Source: Octopus bimaculoides
Taxonomy: Eukaryota
Length of the DNA: 64,000 nt
Assembly: GCF_001194135.2 (NCBI RefSeq)
Contig: NC_068982.1
Span: forward strand, 68,661,262-68,725,261
Direction: 5' to 3'
Numbering within the stretch: position 1 is the first letter of the stretch; each line of letters begins with the position of its first letter. The notes below the pieces were generated by a model that was given only the letters and a program-made list of their open reading frames with translations, was not told the DNA's origin and ran no database searches. Made by a program: the position numbers and the translations under genes. Positions 12,330 to 24,940 of this stretch are shown one piece after another.

Positions 12330-13730
12330 GGTAGTAACAGAGGAATTCAAGACAGGCTGCCTCTAGGAGCTCCTCTACTCTGATGACCTCTAATAGCTTA
12401 GTCACTACCAGAACTAGAGAAGTTTCAGGAATGGAAGCAAGGCCTAGAATCGAAGAGCCCTAGAGTCAATCTAACAAAAACCAAAGTCTTAGTAAGTAGG
12501 AAATCCCTTCAGGTAGATGACCCTGCTCAATCTGTAGAAAAGGCATAGGTAGAATCTCCATAAGATGTACCCAGTGTAAGCTTTGGACACATAAGAGGTG
12601 CAGTAATATCAAAGGAAATTTAACTGGGAAGATAGTTTTTGTGTGTGGCAGATGTACAGGGGCAATAAACACCGATGTACAGAAAACAGATGCCTTCACA
12701 TGCCAGGGGGAAAAAACTAGAAGTAGTTCATAGATTCTGTTACTTAGGTGACCAAGTCAGTAGCAGCGGTGGATTCTCTGAGAGCATAGCTGCTAGAATA
12801 AGAATAGTCTAGGCAAAGTTCAAAGAGTTCCTACTTCTGCTGGTAACAAAGGGCTTCTTGTTCAGAGTGAAAGGTAGACTGTATGATGCTTGTGTGCAAA
12901 CAGCCATGCTACACAGCAGCGAAACATGGCCTTTGACTACAGAGGACATGTGTAGGCTCGAAAGGCCAGAAGCTGGTATGCTCCACTGGATGTGTAATGT
13001 CAGTGTGCATACACAACAGGGTGTAAGCACCCTGAGAGAAAAGTTGGACATAAGAAGCATCAGATGTGGTGTGCAAGAGAGACAACTGTGCTGGTATGGT
13101 CATGTGTTGCGTATGAAAGTGGACAGCTGTGTGAAGTGTCACACCTTAACAGTGGAGGGAACCTGTGGAAGAGGTAGACCCAGGAAGACATGGAATGAGG
13201 TGGTGAAGCACGACCTTCGAACATTAGGCTTCACAGAAGCAATGACTATTGATTGAGACCTTTGGCGATATGCCATGCTTGAGAAGACCCGGCAAGCCAA
13301 ATGAGATCATAATTGTGGCCAGTGCCAGTGTTGCATAACTGGCTCATTTAAAAGTACCCTTCAATCGTCAGGTGATATGCTGTGCTTGAGAAAACCTGTT
13401 GAGTCAAGTGAAATTGTAGTCATGGCTGATGCCAATGCTGTTTGACTGACACACGTGCTGGTGGCATGTAAAAAGCACCATTTGAGCATGATCAATGCCA
13501 ATGCCACCTGACTGGCCCCTGTGCTGGTGGCATGTACAAAGCATCCACTATACACTGGGAGTGGTTGGCATTAGGAAGGGCATCCAACCGTAGAAACCTT
13601 GCCAGATCAAATTGGAGTCTGGTGCAACCTCCTGGTTTGCCAGTCCTCAGTTAAACCATCCAACCCATGCCAGCATGGGAAGCAGATGTTAAACAATGAT
13701 GATGACCTGATCATCATCATAATTGCTTTA
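12330..13730 (+). mobile_element. 5'-truncated RTE-clade LINE: decayed RT, C-terminus and 3' UTR with (GAT)n tail
   Basis: ELLYSDDL (YADD), RVNLTKTKV, FCYLGD, KGRLYDACVQTAMLHSSETW, RLCWYGHV, GRGRPRKTW, then the tail ccaacccatgccagcatgg...aatgatgatg. Confidence 0.9.
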
Positions 13731-15181
13731 CACTATATACAATTAATGTACACAAAACAATATAGAGAATATACACAATGTTTCAATTCCATTGCAAAAT
13801 TAAAAGAAAAATAATGTCCACAGCTATTTTGCTAAGTTATCTCACTTTCAGTCACAATATATGATTTTAAAATTTCTCTCTCCTATACTCTTTATATTTC
13901 TCTCCCCTCTCTTTCTCTCTCTAAAAAACTTTTTAACCATTTCTCTCTTTCTCTTCACCTCTCACTTCTATTAACCATGTGACAGTGTTGTTAATGGAAG
14001 TGACTATCTGTTATCTCACTCCCCCCTCTCTCTCTCTCTCTCTGTCATTCTCCTTCTCACTCACTACCCCTCCCCTGTCAAATAAACTAAACTTGTGAAT
14101 GAATGAACAAGCAGAATTATAATATAGATTGACCTTGTCTTTTATTTTTCTGAGTCTGTTGAAATATGTACCAGTTGGATACTGGAGTTGATATGATTGT
14201 TCCCTGCCGCCAACATTTGTATTTTAAAAGGTGGGTGGATGGACAGAATCATTAGTGTTGAGAAAAATGCCTTGTTGGTTTAAGCTCATTGGGAGTGGTA
14301 ATTGTCTTGTCCTAGCTCTCTGATGGACTCGTTCCCTTGGTCATAATCAATTTTGATGATTGAGGAAGAAGTGAAATGAAAGAGTGGCTGATAACAGCAA
14401 CCATATCAAGACCAGAGGCCTACTGCTCAAGTAATACTGCTTGATGCATTACTTATAACATCATGGTAAAGTGAGAGAAAATTTACCTTGTTCTTGCTCT
14501 CAGAAACCCATGAGTGGAAGCTCTTTCCCCTCCAAACCAGGAATTCATTCATTCCTAAAACAAATCAGTTTTGCCAGAGATCAAATAGAACTGTGATACT
14601 GGCGACATACAAGCAATAAACTTTAGGTGTAAATAACATCAAGATTATCATCAGCGGAAGCAAAACTTTTTGAAGGATGTGTAATGTTCTTTGTTTTGTC
14701 TCATGCAAAGGATTTTAACAGGTATGTTTGGATGTACTAAATTCCAATATGAGAGGTGGTCGGAGGGTAGAGATGTGCAGTGTCTCAGCTCTACAATGGT
14801 TTCTCATTTATGTGTGAGTAAGTTGCCTGAAATGTTTCTTCCTGTACTTTTAAATAATATCTTGTTTTATTTATTGTGTGTTATTCATTTATCATACATT
14901 CTTATTTCATGAAATTTTTAATGTATCTATTATACAAAGTGGAAGTCATAGATGTCTTTATTTACATTTCTTGTGGGGTTAAAGTCAGTTATACTTCTAC
15001 CTAAACGTTGGTGACATCACGTTAAAGTTAGACATTCATAATTTCCATTTTCAAGTTTTAATGTTAATTTTTTCATCGAAACTACGTACACTTGTATATT
15101 CTTCAGGTGGATACTGCATTGTTTTATTCTTGTTTTAGCCACTGTTCATTTGATGAGTTTATAATCATTATGTTTGTGCAG

Positions 15182-15317
15182 ATGGAAAACCCATGTTACG
15201 GCAAGGAGAAACTGGAGATTGGATTGGTACTTTTGAAGGCCACAAGGGAGCGGTGTGGGGTGCTGCACTAAACAGAGAGGCTACCCGGGCTGCCACGGGA
15301 GCAGCTGACTTTACAGC
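15182..15317 (+). CDS. STRAP: STRAP (WD40, unrip) first visible coding exon (probable exon 2)
   Basis: tgtgcag|ATGGAAAA...ACAGC|gtatgt. Encodes (D)[45 protein letters not shown], matching STRAP as I recall it ([26 protein letters not shown]). 136 nt. Confidence 0.96.
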
Positions 15318-17225
15318 GTATGTATTTATACACTTTTTACATTAAAATTTACCTACATATCAATGTATGTGTGTGTGTCATGTTTATGGTTGTGTGGATA
15401 GTGCGTTTGCTTCATAACCATGTGGTTCCAGGTTCTATCCTACTGCATGGTATTATGGGAAAGTATCTTCTACAATAGCTTTGGGACAACCAATGCATAA
15501 AAACTGTATGGAAGCTTGTGTATTTGTTTTATGTCTATTTTTTCATGCTCACATGAGTTATATGAACCTCATATTATTGAAGCTTGTTTACTAGCTGGTT
15601 ACCCATCCTCTTGCTAACTAACTGTTTTTCAAGTATGTGTTGAGTGTGTGTGTGTGTGTGTGTGTGTAGTATGACTTGTTGAATGATACTTCATCAAAAT
15701 GATTTTCGTTGGACCTGGAAACAACTTTTGATATAATATATTTGTAAATATATTATTTGTTAGAAAAATTTTATCAATGAAACAATTTTAAATACAGAAT
15801 ACTTTCTAATACAAAGTGAGTGCAGACAGCATATTTAATTGCATATACTATTTTTGGATGTTATTAGATATGGAATATTTAAAATTGTCATATAGCTTCA
15901 AGTTGGTATTCAGTTTTTGGCACTCATATTCCTGATAAATTCTTCAAATCTTCATGCAGCATCAGCTGGAGGCACAAATCAAGTGCATGAAATGATTTAC
16001 TTGGAATTTTTTTTCCTTGTTCTTTTTCTGTCTTGCAAGTTAGTTAATTGGCTACCTCATTGGTGCCGATGACATGAGAAAAGCATCGAATATACTTTGT
16101 AAAATGGTTGGTGTCAGGAAGGGCACCGAGCCATAGGAAGTATGCCAAAGCTGACACTGAAGCTCTGTGCAGCTTTGGCTTGCTGGATCCTGTACCTATC
16201 CAACCCATGTTGTCATGGAAAATGGACATAAAATGATGAGTATATTCCAGATTTTCAGTGTACCTACTTTGTAGTAATAATATCTGAACTTTTACAATAA
16301 CTATTCTGTCCAAAGTGGAAAAAAAAGCAACCTGCTGTATGGAAGTGATTTGAAATGCATTAAATACAGCCATTTCAAAATGAATTGTCACAGACCTGGA
16401 TGAAACACCAATTCAGTGTTTACATTAATTGTAGGATTGTATCATAAGTTGCTTATATAATATAAGCTACTTGATTAGTATTGTAAATGTATGAATTCCC
16501 TTAATATGAATTAGAAAGTAGAAACTAAAAACTGTCAAGTATTGAATTGGGTTATCTACTTTTCCTGTTAGTCCCTTGTCCTAATAACAATAACTCACAA
16601 CAATAAATTTATAACATCCTTCAAGAAGGCTCTCTTTTACCTTGTGAGCTACAAGACAACCCCACAAGTGCTGGTGCTGCAAAAAGGCATTCATTACACT
16701 CTATAAGAAGTTAGTAAATGAAATCAAGTATTGACAACTCGGGGTTTAAGAGGGCTCTTTAGTCTTGCTGGTGTCAAGGTAACCTTTATTGTGCTGGTGC
16801 CACAAAAAATGCATCCAGTACATTTTATAAAATAGTTGGTCTTAAGAAGGGCATTCACCTGTAGAAACAAAATCAAAATTGTGACATTGGAAATCAGATA
16901 TGACCTTCTGGCTTGTTGAATCCTGTTGAACTGTCTGACCTATGCTGATATGGAAAATGGATGTAGAACAATTGTGATTATAATGTTCTATTTTCATTTT
17001 ATGTTTGTAATTGGAGAATTCAGTAGTGTAGAGAACCAAAATTATATTCTGTAATTCAAGAACTTCCTTCTTCAAGTGGAAAGAGTTCTATCATATCTTA
17101 ATATGACTTATTAAACAGCAATCTGTTTTAGATATTAAAATTAAATATCCCAATCTGTACCTGTTTTCTCCTTCAGCCTTTATACAACTAATTAAATTCA
17201 GTTTTTAATAATAATAATAATAATA

Positions 17226-17445
17226 ATAATTTCAAATTTTGGAAGAAGGCCAGCAATTTTTGGGGAGGGGATAAGTTGATTACATTGATCCTCAGTATTC
17301 AACTGGTACTTATTTTATTGACTCTGGAAGGATGAAAGTCAAAGTTGACCATGTCAGAATTTGAACTGAGAACGTAACGACAGATGAAATGCTGTTAAGC
17401 ATTTTGCCCAGCACAATAACGATTGTGTCAGCTCATCGCCTAATA
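17226..17445 (-). mobile_element. SINE family flanked by (AAT)n tracts
   Basis: On -: gagctgacacaatcg...cagttcaaattc (A/B-box-like) ...ctttcatcc. Further copies at 17830-18050(-), 40140-40380(+) and 40560-40850(-). Confidence 0.75.
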
Positions 17446-17459
17446 ATAATGATGTAGGA

Positions 17460-17790
17460 TTTCTTCATAATGACTGACCATACTTTTGAAGCAAAGAAAT
17501 CAGATATTATAGAGGACAAAAAGGAGAAAAAAAAAAAGGTGTAATATCATATGATAGTAGAATAGATATAGAAATTGAGAAATATCAGGATCTAATCAGA
17601 GATTGTGAAAGATTAAGATGATGAATATTCCTGTGGTAGTTGGTGCATTTGGCACAACACTTTAACTGCTACTTTGGAGATTAAAGGATATTAGAAGTGA
17701 AATTTACATTGTTGACTTGCAGAAAAGTGACATTCTGTGTTCTACAAGAATCCTAAGAATGATTCTTGAGATTTGAAGGAAGTTATAGCC
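17460..17790 (+). pseudogene. R4/Dong-like LINE C-terminal restriction-like endonuclease remnant
   Basis: FIMTDHTFEAKKSDII (TDH.IEARRPD), EIEKYQDL, IPVVVGAFG and LQKSDILCSTRILRMIL: the typical RLE-LINE C-terminus with frameshifts. Confidence 0.6.
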
Positions 17791-18047
17791 AGACCTCAAG
17801 ATATCATCTAATTAAATTAACTTTAACAATAATAATCCTTTCTACTATAGGCAGAAGGCCTGAGATTTTGGGGGTGGGGTTAGTTGATTACATTGACCTC
17901 AGTACATGACTGGTACTTATTTCATCAATGTTGAAAGGATGAAAGGCATAGTCAACCTCAGCAGGTCTTGAACTTAGAACATAAAGCTGAACAAAATTCC
18001 ACTAAGCATTTTGTCTGGTGTTCTAACAATTCTGCCAGCTTGATGCC

Positions 18048-18048
18048 T

Positions 18049-18104
<56 letters not shown>
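18048..18104. repeat. (AAT)n microsatellite
   Basis: About 18 perfect units between a SINE end and the Helitron-like 5' end. Confidence 0.95.
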
Positions 18105-18105
<1 letters not shown>

Positions 18106-18990
18106 CTCTATATATAAAAGTGAAATGGCTGAAAGTTGTATGCTTGTGTGTCTCATTTAGTAGTTATGCAGGGTTCAATGGCAGTAGGCGTGCTTGGATT
18201 GCGGCAAAAATTTACAGAGACATGTAAAATGAGGCGAGGAAGCGACTGAACTAGGTTAGAAATCTCCATCTCAAAAGCTGTGGTTACTAGGACAACAAAA
18301 CCCAGACTTTGACAAGTGTTTGTCATTTCTCTCTTTTGGATATCACCCTGTCTTCCTCAATTTCTCTCTTTCCTCCCTTCCCTCCACTCTCTTTCCCTCT
18401 CCACCTTCGCTGTTTTTCTGTCACTCTTTCTCCCACTGCCTCTCTCTGTGTACGTTTGTCTGTATCTATAGAGAGAAAGTGTTGACAGCCCCAAAAGTTT
18501 AAATATTCTCGCCACAGGTCTTTTACAATGGTGAATTATTATTGCTCACCACCACCACCACCACACAATCCTCCTGCCACAGGTCTTTTAGAATGGTGAA
18601 TTATTATCGCCCACCACCACCACCGCACAATCATGATAACAGATATTATTAATCAGATATTTATTGTGCTAATATTTTTTCTATATCTGTGTGTGTGTGT
18701 GTGTGTCTCTATTCTAGACGCCTAGTTTAGAATAGAGACAGCTGATGAAGGAAAAAGTTCCATAAGTGGCTCGTCTGTTTTCCTATGTGTTCGTTATGTT
18801 GTCTGTAAACAAAGTCCGTTTTTGTGCTTTTGTTCCTGTTCCTTTTCCTGACGTCCTGTATCCGGATATGCATCTATATATACATGTAGATGTAGGTATG
18901 TACATATATGTATATATACATGCATATGCTCATATATCGTTTGTATTATATATATATATAATTCATTTATATATAATTTACATATATATA

Positions 18991-19049
<59 letters not shown>

Positions 19050-19285
19050 GTGTGCATATGTGGTTGGATTGAGCTGAAAATATGCACACCTATGTCTAAA
19101 GTGCTGGCGAGTTTGCATGGCAACTTTGAGTTTGCTCAATTGAATGACGTGGCCTCTAGGGCAAAATGCCTCATCTTTTAAAATGTGGCCCAAGTAGACC
19201 TGAATGAAATCAAGTTATAATACCGAAACAAATAAAACAATAATAGACTATTTTAATCCCAAGCAAGGCCAGGTTTCTCTGCTAG
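18105..19285 (+). mobile_element. Probable non-autonomous Helitron in a STRAP intron
   Basis: 5' A|TCTCTATATATAAAAG and 3' cccaagcaaggccagg...CTAG|T: an A-T target, TC/CTAG termini and a decayed subterminal hairpin. Internal (TA)n and CT-rich tracts. Confidence 0.6.
18511..18632. repeat. Two-copy direct repeat, period 65
   Basis: gccacaggtctttta.aatggtgaattattat.gc.caccaccaccacc.cacaatc occurs at 18511 and 18576. Confidence 0.9.
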
Positions 19286-20057
19286 TAATAATAATGATAT
19301 TAATAACAACCTAATGTTGCAGTTGTCTTAGATAATATTAGGAATGATCCAGAACATTAAAGTGAAAAACAAGTTTCCTGGCTTTTTGAATTCTACCAAA
19401 CAAGAGATTGCAATATTGTAATTAACTTATCTCTAGTACCCAAAGAATTTTACAAGAAATAAGTAAACAAAATTATATCAAAATAGATGCGCATATATTT
19501 TCATGCATTCACATCACTTTTTGCAAAATGTCATTCATATACAAAGGAATAATTTTAAATCAAAGATCTTTGTTTTTATTGCCTATATTTTTATGTTTGT
19601 GTTTTTAAGATATATAAGAAAGTGTTTATGTATGTGTCAGCTTTGGTGTGATATGATCCCCTGTTTTGGGAAGAGGCTTGTAAACCAAGATATTGTCTCC
19701 TCTCTTTACAGTTCTGAGACACACAAGTATACAGAAGTTCATTCATTTATTTTATTTCTGTTTTTTCTGTTAGCCTAGGTTGAACAGCTACATATTACTG
19801 AAGTATCATTTTATAGCCATGTTGCCCAGTTGTAGAACATTGCCTCAGTGATAGATATTCATCCAACGTGTGACAGCATGGTAAAACAAGCTTATGTTTG
19901 TGTGTGTGAGTCTATATGTGTATCTGACCACTATCTAGCTGACTGCCTGTCTGTCTGTTTATCTATTTATCAGTTGATTGTTATATATTTTAAGTATAAA
20001 TGAAATACTTTTACATTAACTAACGGATAGTATTTTTGTTTTTCTTTTTATCTTCAG

Positions 20058-20212
20058 GAAAATCTGGGATGCTGTTAGTGGAGATGAACTACACACATTC
20101 TCCCATAAACATATCGTTAAGTCAGTAGATTTTTCTCGTGACAGCAAACTGCTGCTTACTGCTAGTCAAGAAAAAAAGCTAAAAATATTTGATTTGGAAA
20201 AGCATGAAGCAG
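20058..20212 (+). CDS. STRAP: STRAP coding exon
   Basis: tcttcag|G AAA ATC TGG...GCA G|gtttgt. KIWDAVSGDELHTFSHKHIVKSVDFSRDSKLLLTASQEKKLKIFDLEKHEA. 155 nt, phases fit both neighbours. Confidence 0.96.
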
Positions 20213-20879
20213 GTTTGTATGGAAACTTATGTTTTATTAAGTATTAAAACTAATGACTGAATTAGTAAAACTAAACATTAAGTTGCCACCATTATCATCA
20301 TAATAGTTCTCATGGACTTCACTTCTATTACAGTTGTTTTGGGGATTCCATGTTCTTCCTTCTCCTACTGCTTGGTGATGAGGTTTGCTTCCTTTACCAG
20401 GTTTCTAGTTATAGCTACATGTATGTTACCAGGTTTGTAGTTATAGCTACATGTATATACACCATATGTATCTTTCCAAGATATATATGGTGTATTTATT
20501 AATGATATAAATATTTGAAAAAGAGACTTTAAGTAATGCAGATGAAAATTTAGGTAAACCAGATACAAAAGCGAAGTAGAATCACCTTAAATATTTTATA
20601 TGAATTCTTGTGTTGAAACAAATTTTATTGTGTCTAGGGAGAGTCATTATACCAATATCATCAACACAGGCACAGGTTCAATTCTACTCCTTTATTAATA
20701 GTCAGTAGGTTAAATATCCAACTAACTAATCAATTGCTTGTTTAACTTTGGTCAAACAGTAAGCCATTTGTTTGTTTGCTTTTATTTGATTTTTTTTTTG
20801 TCAAAGCTCTTTTGTTGCTATTTGCAACTTTTTCAATGACTTTTCTCTTAGTTTGTTACAGAGACCACGTTTTGTCTGT

Positions 20880-21345
20880 CTGAGATCTTGTGTGCTTGCA
20901 TATGTATGTACGCATGTATGTATTCTTCTACATGTGTGTATTCCTATGTCTGTGTACGTGCTTGTGTGTGTACTTCTGCTTCTGTGTGCTTGCATGCGCA
21001 TGTGAGTTTGTGTTTTTACACCTGTTGTATATGTATGTGCCTATATATGTTTGTGTGCGTATGCGTGATATGTGTGTGTGTGCATATATGTGGTGTGTGT
21101 GTCTGCATGTGTGTGTGCCCATGTGCTTTATGTATGCTTCAGTGTGTGTATGGTTATGTGTTTCTGTCTCCTTGCATGTGTGTGTGTATGTGCATATCTA
21201 CCTACCTACCAATCTATTTACTTGCCTATCTCCCCACCTATCTACCAACCTACATAATTAACTAAGTAACTAACCACTTGACACCTATCTACTTACCTAT
21301 CTACCTATTTACCTATTCGACTGCCAACTTACAAACGTACCTATG
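20880..21345. repeat. Degenerate (TG)n followed by degenerate (ACCT)n
   Basis: Directly visible; explains the Cys/Val-rich spurious ORFs here. Confidence 0.9.
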
Positions 21346-21384
21346 TATGCACACTGCATGAGTGGTATCTGTGGCATTGAGGTA

Positions 21385-21720
21385 TCTCTATCTCTTACAT
21401 TTATTTCCTATTTAGTATTGGTAATGTTTCATTTATGAGGATGTCCTATTGTATTTGTCTAAGTAGTGGGTCTTTTGGGTGTTTGGACAAAATGTAGGTG
21501 TCTTCCCCATTCAGACCATGGTTGTCTAGGTAATTACTGTCTTGAGTTAGTTTTAGGAGGACGCCCAGTTCCCTTGTGTTAACTGCGTGGAACTCTACTG
21601 CACTCTCACAGATAATTACAATGCATTTTTCCTCAACGAAGTCTATGTCAATAGACAGTTTGAAACCACATCCATACTGCCTACTACACAACTTGTGAGG
21701 TCGTTGGAGTGGTTACAGTT
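21385..21720 (-). pseudogene. Penelope-like element C-terminal (GIY-YIG region) remnant
   Basis: ILSKHPKDPLLRQIQ*DILINETLPILNRK resembles the PLE C-terminal pattern RQI.EA..I....P.LN.K. Recognised by eye only. Confidence 0.4.
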
Positions 21721-23164
21721 ACTAATCCTATTAGTTAGTTGGATATTTAGCCAATTGACTTATAATAAAGGAGTGGAATTGAACCAGTGCATGTGTTAAT
21801 AATATTGGCATAGTGACTTTCCCTAGACACAATAAAATTTAAGGCGATATCAATAGATAAAAAGAAAGACAGAATTGTTTCAAGCATCTATTATACTTAG
21901 GGAAAGATTCCCCTTTTCAAATGTAAGAAAGTAATTCAAATGTTTGGAGAAAAAGTGTTATCAACAGGACATTCTGGGATGTTCTTATTTGTTGCTGTTC
22001 GTGTATAAATTCTGTATATGTATGGTGAATCTAGAGTTCTCAGTTTATTTGTTAGACAACTGTCCTCCAAACCATTAGCAGTTGTAGTTTGTAAGTGAAG
22101 GAATATGTTTTTGTGCTAGTAAGAATTACCATCATTTGTCACAGGTCAGTCATATTTACTGCAATAAAACTATAGCATTCAGGCAAATCAAAATTAGTTT
22201 CATTCATTTTATTTTTAATGTGTGCATTGGTTAAATAGTTTTGCAGTATATCTTTCTATGAATACCAATCCAATGCTTATGTCTTCACATGTACTCCATC
22301 TCACTCATACATTAATTCATGCATTTTCTCACTCAGTTCATCTTCTGTTCCTTACATTATTTAATATAATTATTAAGGAAGATGTCACTTTTGTAGATAT
22401 TTGCCAATGTTTTGATGTTCATTTGTTAACTTAGTTCATTTGTATCTAGTCTTGCAAGTTTATTCAGTTCATTCATCAAGCTGTATTCAATTGGCTTCTC
22501 TCCAGTCACTGCAAATACTTCTTATTGCATATTTCACTGCCATATGTTTGTAATACAACTAAAGTAGTTGGAATTTATTTGAACTGATTTGTTTATAAAT
22601 TGAAAAATAAGATTGCTGGGTATTTCATTTTTGTATTTGGTTTGCAAGATTCTTTATGTGAATTTGTGTGTTGAAGCATATTTTATCGTCTGGAGAGAGT
22701 CATTCTGTTTTAATGCCTTAGTAATTAACACACTCTGTGGTTCGATTTCTACTCATTTACTTTTTTTTTTCCTAAAATTTTCGTTGCTTCTTGTAATTTC
22801 TTCAATAGTCATTGAGTAAGGAAAGAAAGAAAGTTTGAATTTGTAAAATAATGTAGCTAAAGCCAGTAAGTTTTACACCCTTGATTTATTACTTCACTGT
22901 ATATTTTATATTGAAAGAGTCTTTCTAGTTAAATAACGATAAATTTTCTCGGTTGTTTTTTGAGTTGTTCATAATATATAATTGTAAAAGAGCCTTCATT
23001 GTAAATCTGTTCAGTGTGTTTTCATTGCTACTTTTAACAATGCTCTAGGCACTTCATTCTTTTCGAACATTTCCATTAAATTTCTTTTAATGAGACAGTT
23101 TTAACTCTTCATTCTCATAGAAGTAAGTTACTAATTATTCTTCCATGCAATGTTTTTATTTCAG

Positions 23165-23264
23165 AACCCAAGGTATTTGCTGGTCACAAAGACACGCTTA
23201 AATGTGCTATCTTCACTAAAGATGCACAGCAAATAATTAGTGCATCAGATGATAAAACAGTTCG
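23165..23264 (+). CDS. STRAP: STRAP coding exon
   Basis: tttcag|AA CCC AAG...GTT CG|gtttgt. (E)PKVFAGHKDTLKCAIFTKDAQQIISASDDKTVR, a WD40 repeat. 100 nt. Confidence 0.95.
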
Positions 23265-24458
23265 GTTTGTATTATTTTCTATTTTTAAATTGTTTGCCTC
23301 TTATTAAGATTATTTCTGTTAGCTTTTCTTGTCTATGTATTAACATTTTTATCATTTTTTTTTTCATTTGGTGGCTTTTTTACAGACTTTTTTTACAATT
23401 ACCTTTAACTCCAGAATTAGTACACCTGTCCTCATTATCAGTGAGTCATTCATCACTGATCCAGGATAACATGGTATAGTAATTGTGAACCATTTTATGC
23501 TTATCTAATAACATGGGCTGGTGATCAGTTGCATATTCTGCTTGGACTGCAAAAGTACCCCCCAGCATCTACAGTGTTCAGTACAACTTGTTGATTCATT
23601 TAACACTGTTCATTGGAACCAAACACACTTGATAATCAAGGATAGATATACTAGTTAAATTCATTTAAATTAGCAAATAAGTCTGTGATGAGGTGGGGTT
23701 ATCCACCAGGTTAGTTATAGTGGTATAATTAGAATAATTAAAGTTTAAGAGAGAACCAAGAAGCCTGAGCTGCTTTGGATCATGGGAAGTTGTGTGACAC
23801 CTGATGGCTTCATTATCAGTTAATGCCTGCTTTCCATGCTGGCCAAAGGTTTCTAATGATATAAATGAAGAAAAATACTTTTAACCAGGAATTGCTGTTC
23901 CAGCATGGCCCCAGCCTTCATATGGCTGAAATAGAGGTATTATTCTGACTTCATAGTAGTCTGTCACAAGCCTCGTGACTCATGAGGCTAGAGCATAACT
24001 TGGTTCCCATGGCATATGAATGACATAGATTACAACGCACCCCGCTGTCGGTCCATCACAGCATTATGTTTCCAACTATTGCTGGTACCCATTTACAGCT
24101 GAGTGAACTGGAGCAATGTGAAATAAAATGTTTTGCTCAAGAACATAATGCAGTTTGGGAAGTCATACCATGATCTTAAGATTCAAAGTAAACACCTTAC
24201 CTACTAGGCTATGTGCCTTCACTTCATAATATATTGGCTAGTATTAAGTTAAGTATATGGCAATAACAAGTTTCCTTCAATATTTCCCACCAAAAGTTTT
24301 TTTTTTATAGAAACCTCTAATATTTTTTAGTGTAGAAAATAAATGCAAAAAAAAAAAATAATAATTGCAACTTGTTTTAGTATTTTAATTCAAATCTAAG
24401 GTTATTTTAGGCAAAAATATCCTTCTGTTTGTTTTTACAATTTTAAATTCTGTTTCAG

Positions 24459-24596
24459 TGTCTGGGATGTGAATAATGAAAATGAAATAAAGCAATTGGA
24501 GTTTGCAAATCCTCCCAACGGCTTAGAACTCTCTAGGGATGGCTCTGTTTTAGTAGTCACCAGTGGATGTGTTACAAGTTTCTGGGATACTGGATC
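24459..24596 (+). CDS. STRAP: STRAP coding exon
   Basis: gtttcag|T GTC TGG GAT...GGA TC|gtgagt. VWDVNNENEIKQLEFANPPNGLELSRDGSVLVVTSGCVTSFWDTGS. 138 nt. Confidence 0.93.
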
Positions 24597-24824
24597 GTGA
24601 GTTGGCTCTTATTGAAATTTTTTTTGTCTTTTTATTATAGTGATTTTACAGGTGAAGACATAGATTAAGAGTAGCTTATTTAGTAAAGGGCCTTTTCAGC
24701 ACACTAACATAAGTTTAAAATTTGATTTTCAAAATTTATCAACTCTATTATTTATATTGGTTGATACAGGCACAGCTGCGATTATAGATGTAGGAATGGC
24801 TGAGTGGTCGAGAAGCTTGCTTCT

Positions 24825-24940
24825 CACACTTGTAATGCATAGTACACACTTGTAATACATAGTACACACTTGTAATGCATAGTACACACTTGTAATGTAT
24901 AGTACACACTTGTAATACATAGTACACACTTGTAATGCAT
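24825..24940. repeat. 20-bp minisatellite (AGTACACACTTGTAATRCAT), about 5.8 copies
   Basis: Five full units at 24841-24940 plus a 16-nt partial unit; no spacers. Confidence 0.97.

Larger units (their letters stand above)
20620..21840. mobile_element. Element bounded by 111-bp inverted repeats
   Basis: 20620-20730 vs the reverse complement of 21730-21840 match 98/111. Interior holds degenerate (TG)n, (ACCT)n and a Penelope-like remnant. A related arm sequence occurs at about 22680-22815. Confidence 0.7.

Noticed and set aside
14691-14912. ORF or exon as the missing STRAP exon 1
   Set aside because: It has a plausible donor (acag|gtatgt at about 14722), but no frame resembles the STRAP N-terminus.
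16232-16290. Box C/D snoRNA in a STRAP intron
   Set aside because: The TGATGA comes from the (GAT)n tail of an RTE copy and the interval is too short.
18738-18770. Hammerhead ribozyme at ctgatgaaggaaaaagttccataag
   Set aside because: A stem II-like ggaa/ttcc is followed by ATAA rather than GAAA, and there is no stem I/III pairing.
18766-19193. ORFs rich in IYIY, CVCV or HTHT (here and across the window), and X-filled ORFs
   Set aside because: Translations of (TA)n, (TG)n and (CA)n microsatellites or of N gaps.
24825-24940. CRISPR-like array
   Set aside because: Units are contiguous with no unique spacers, there are no cas genes, and the context is a eukaryotic intron.
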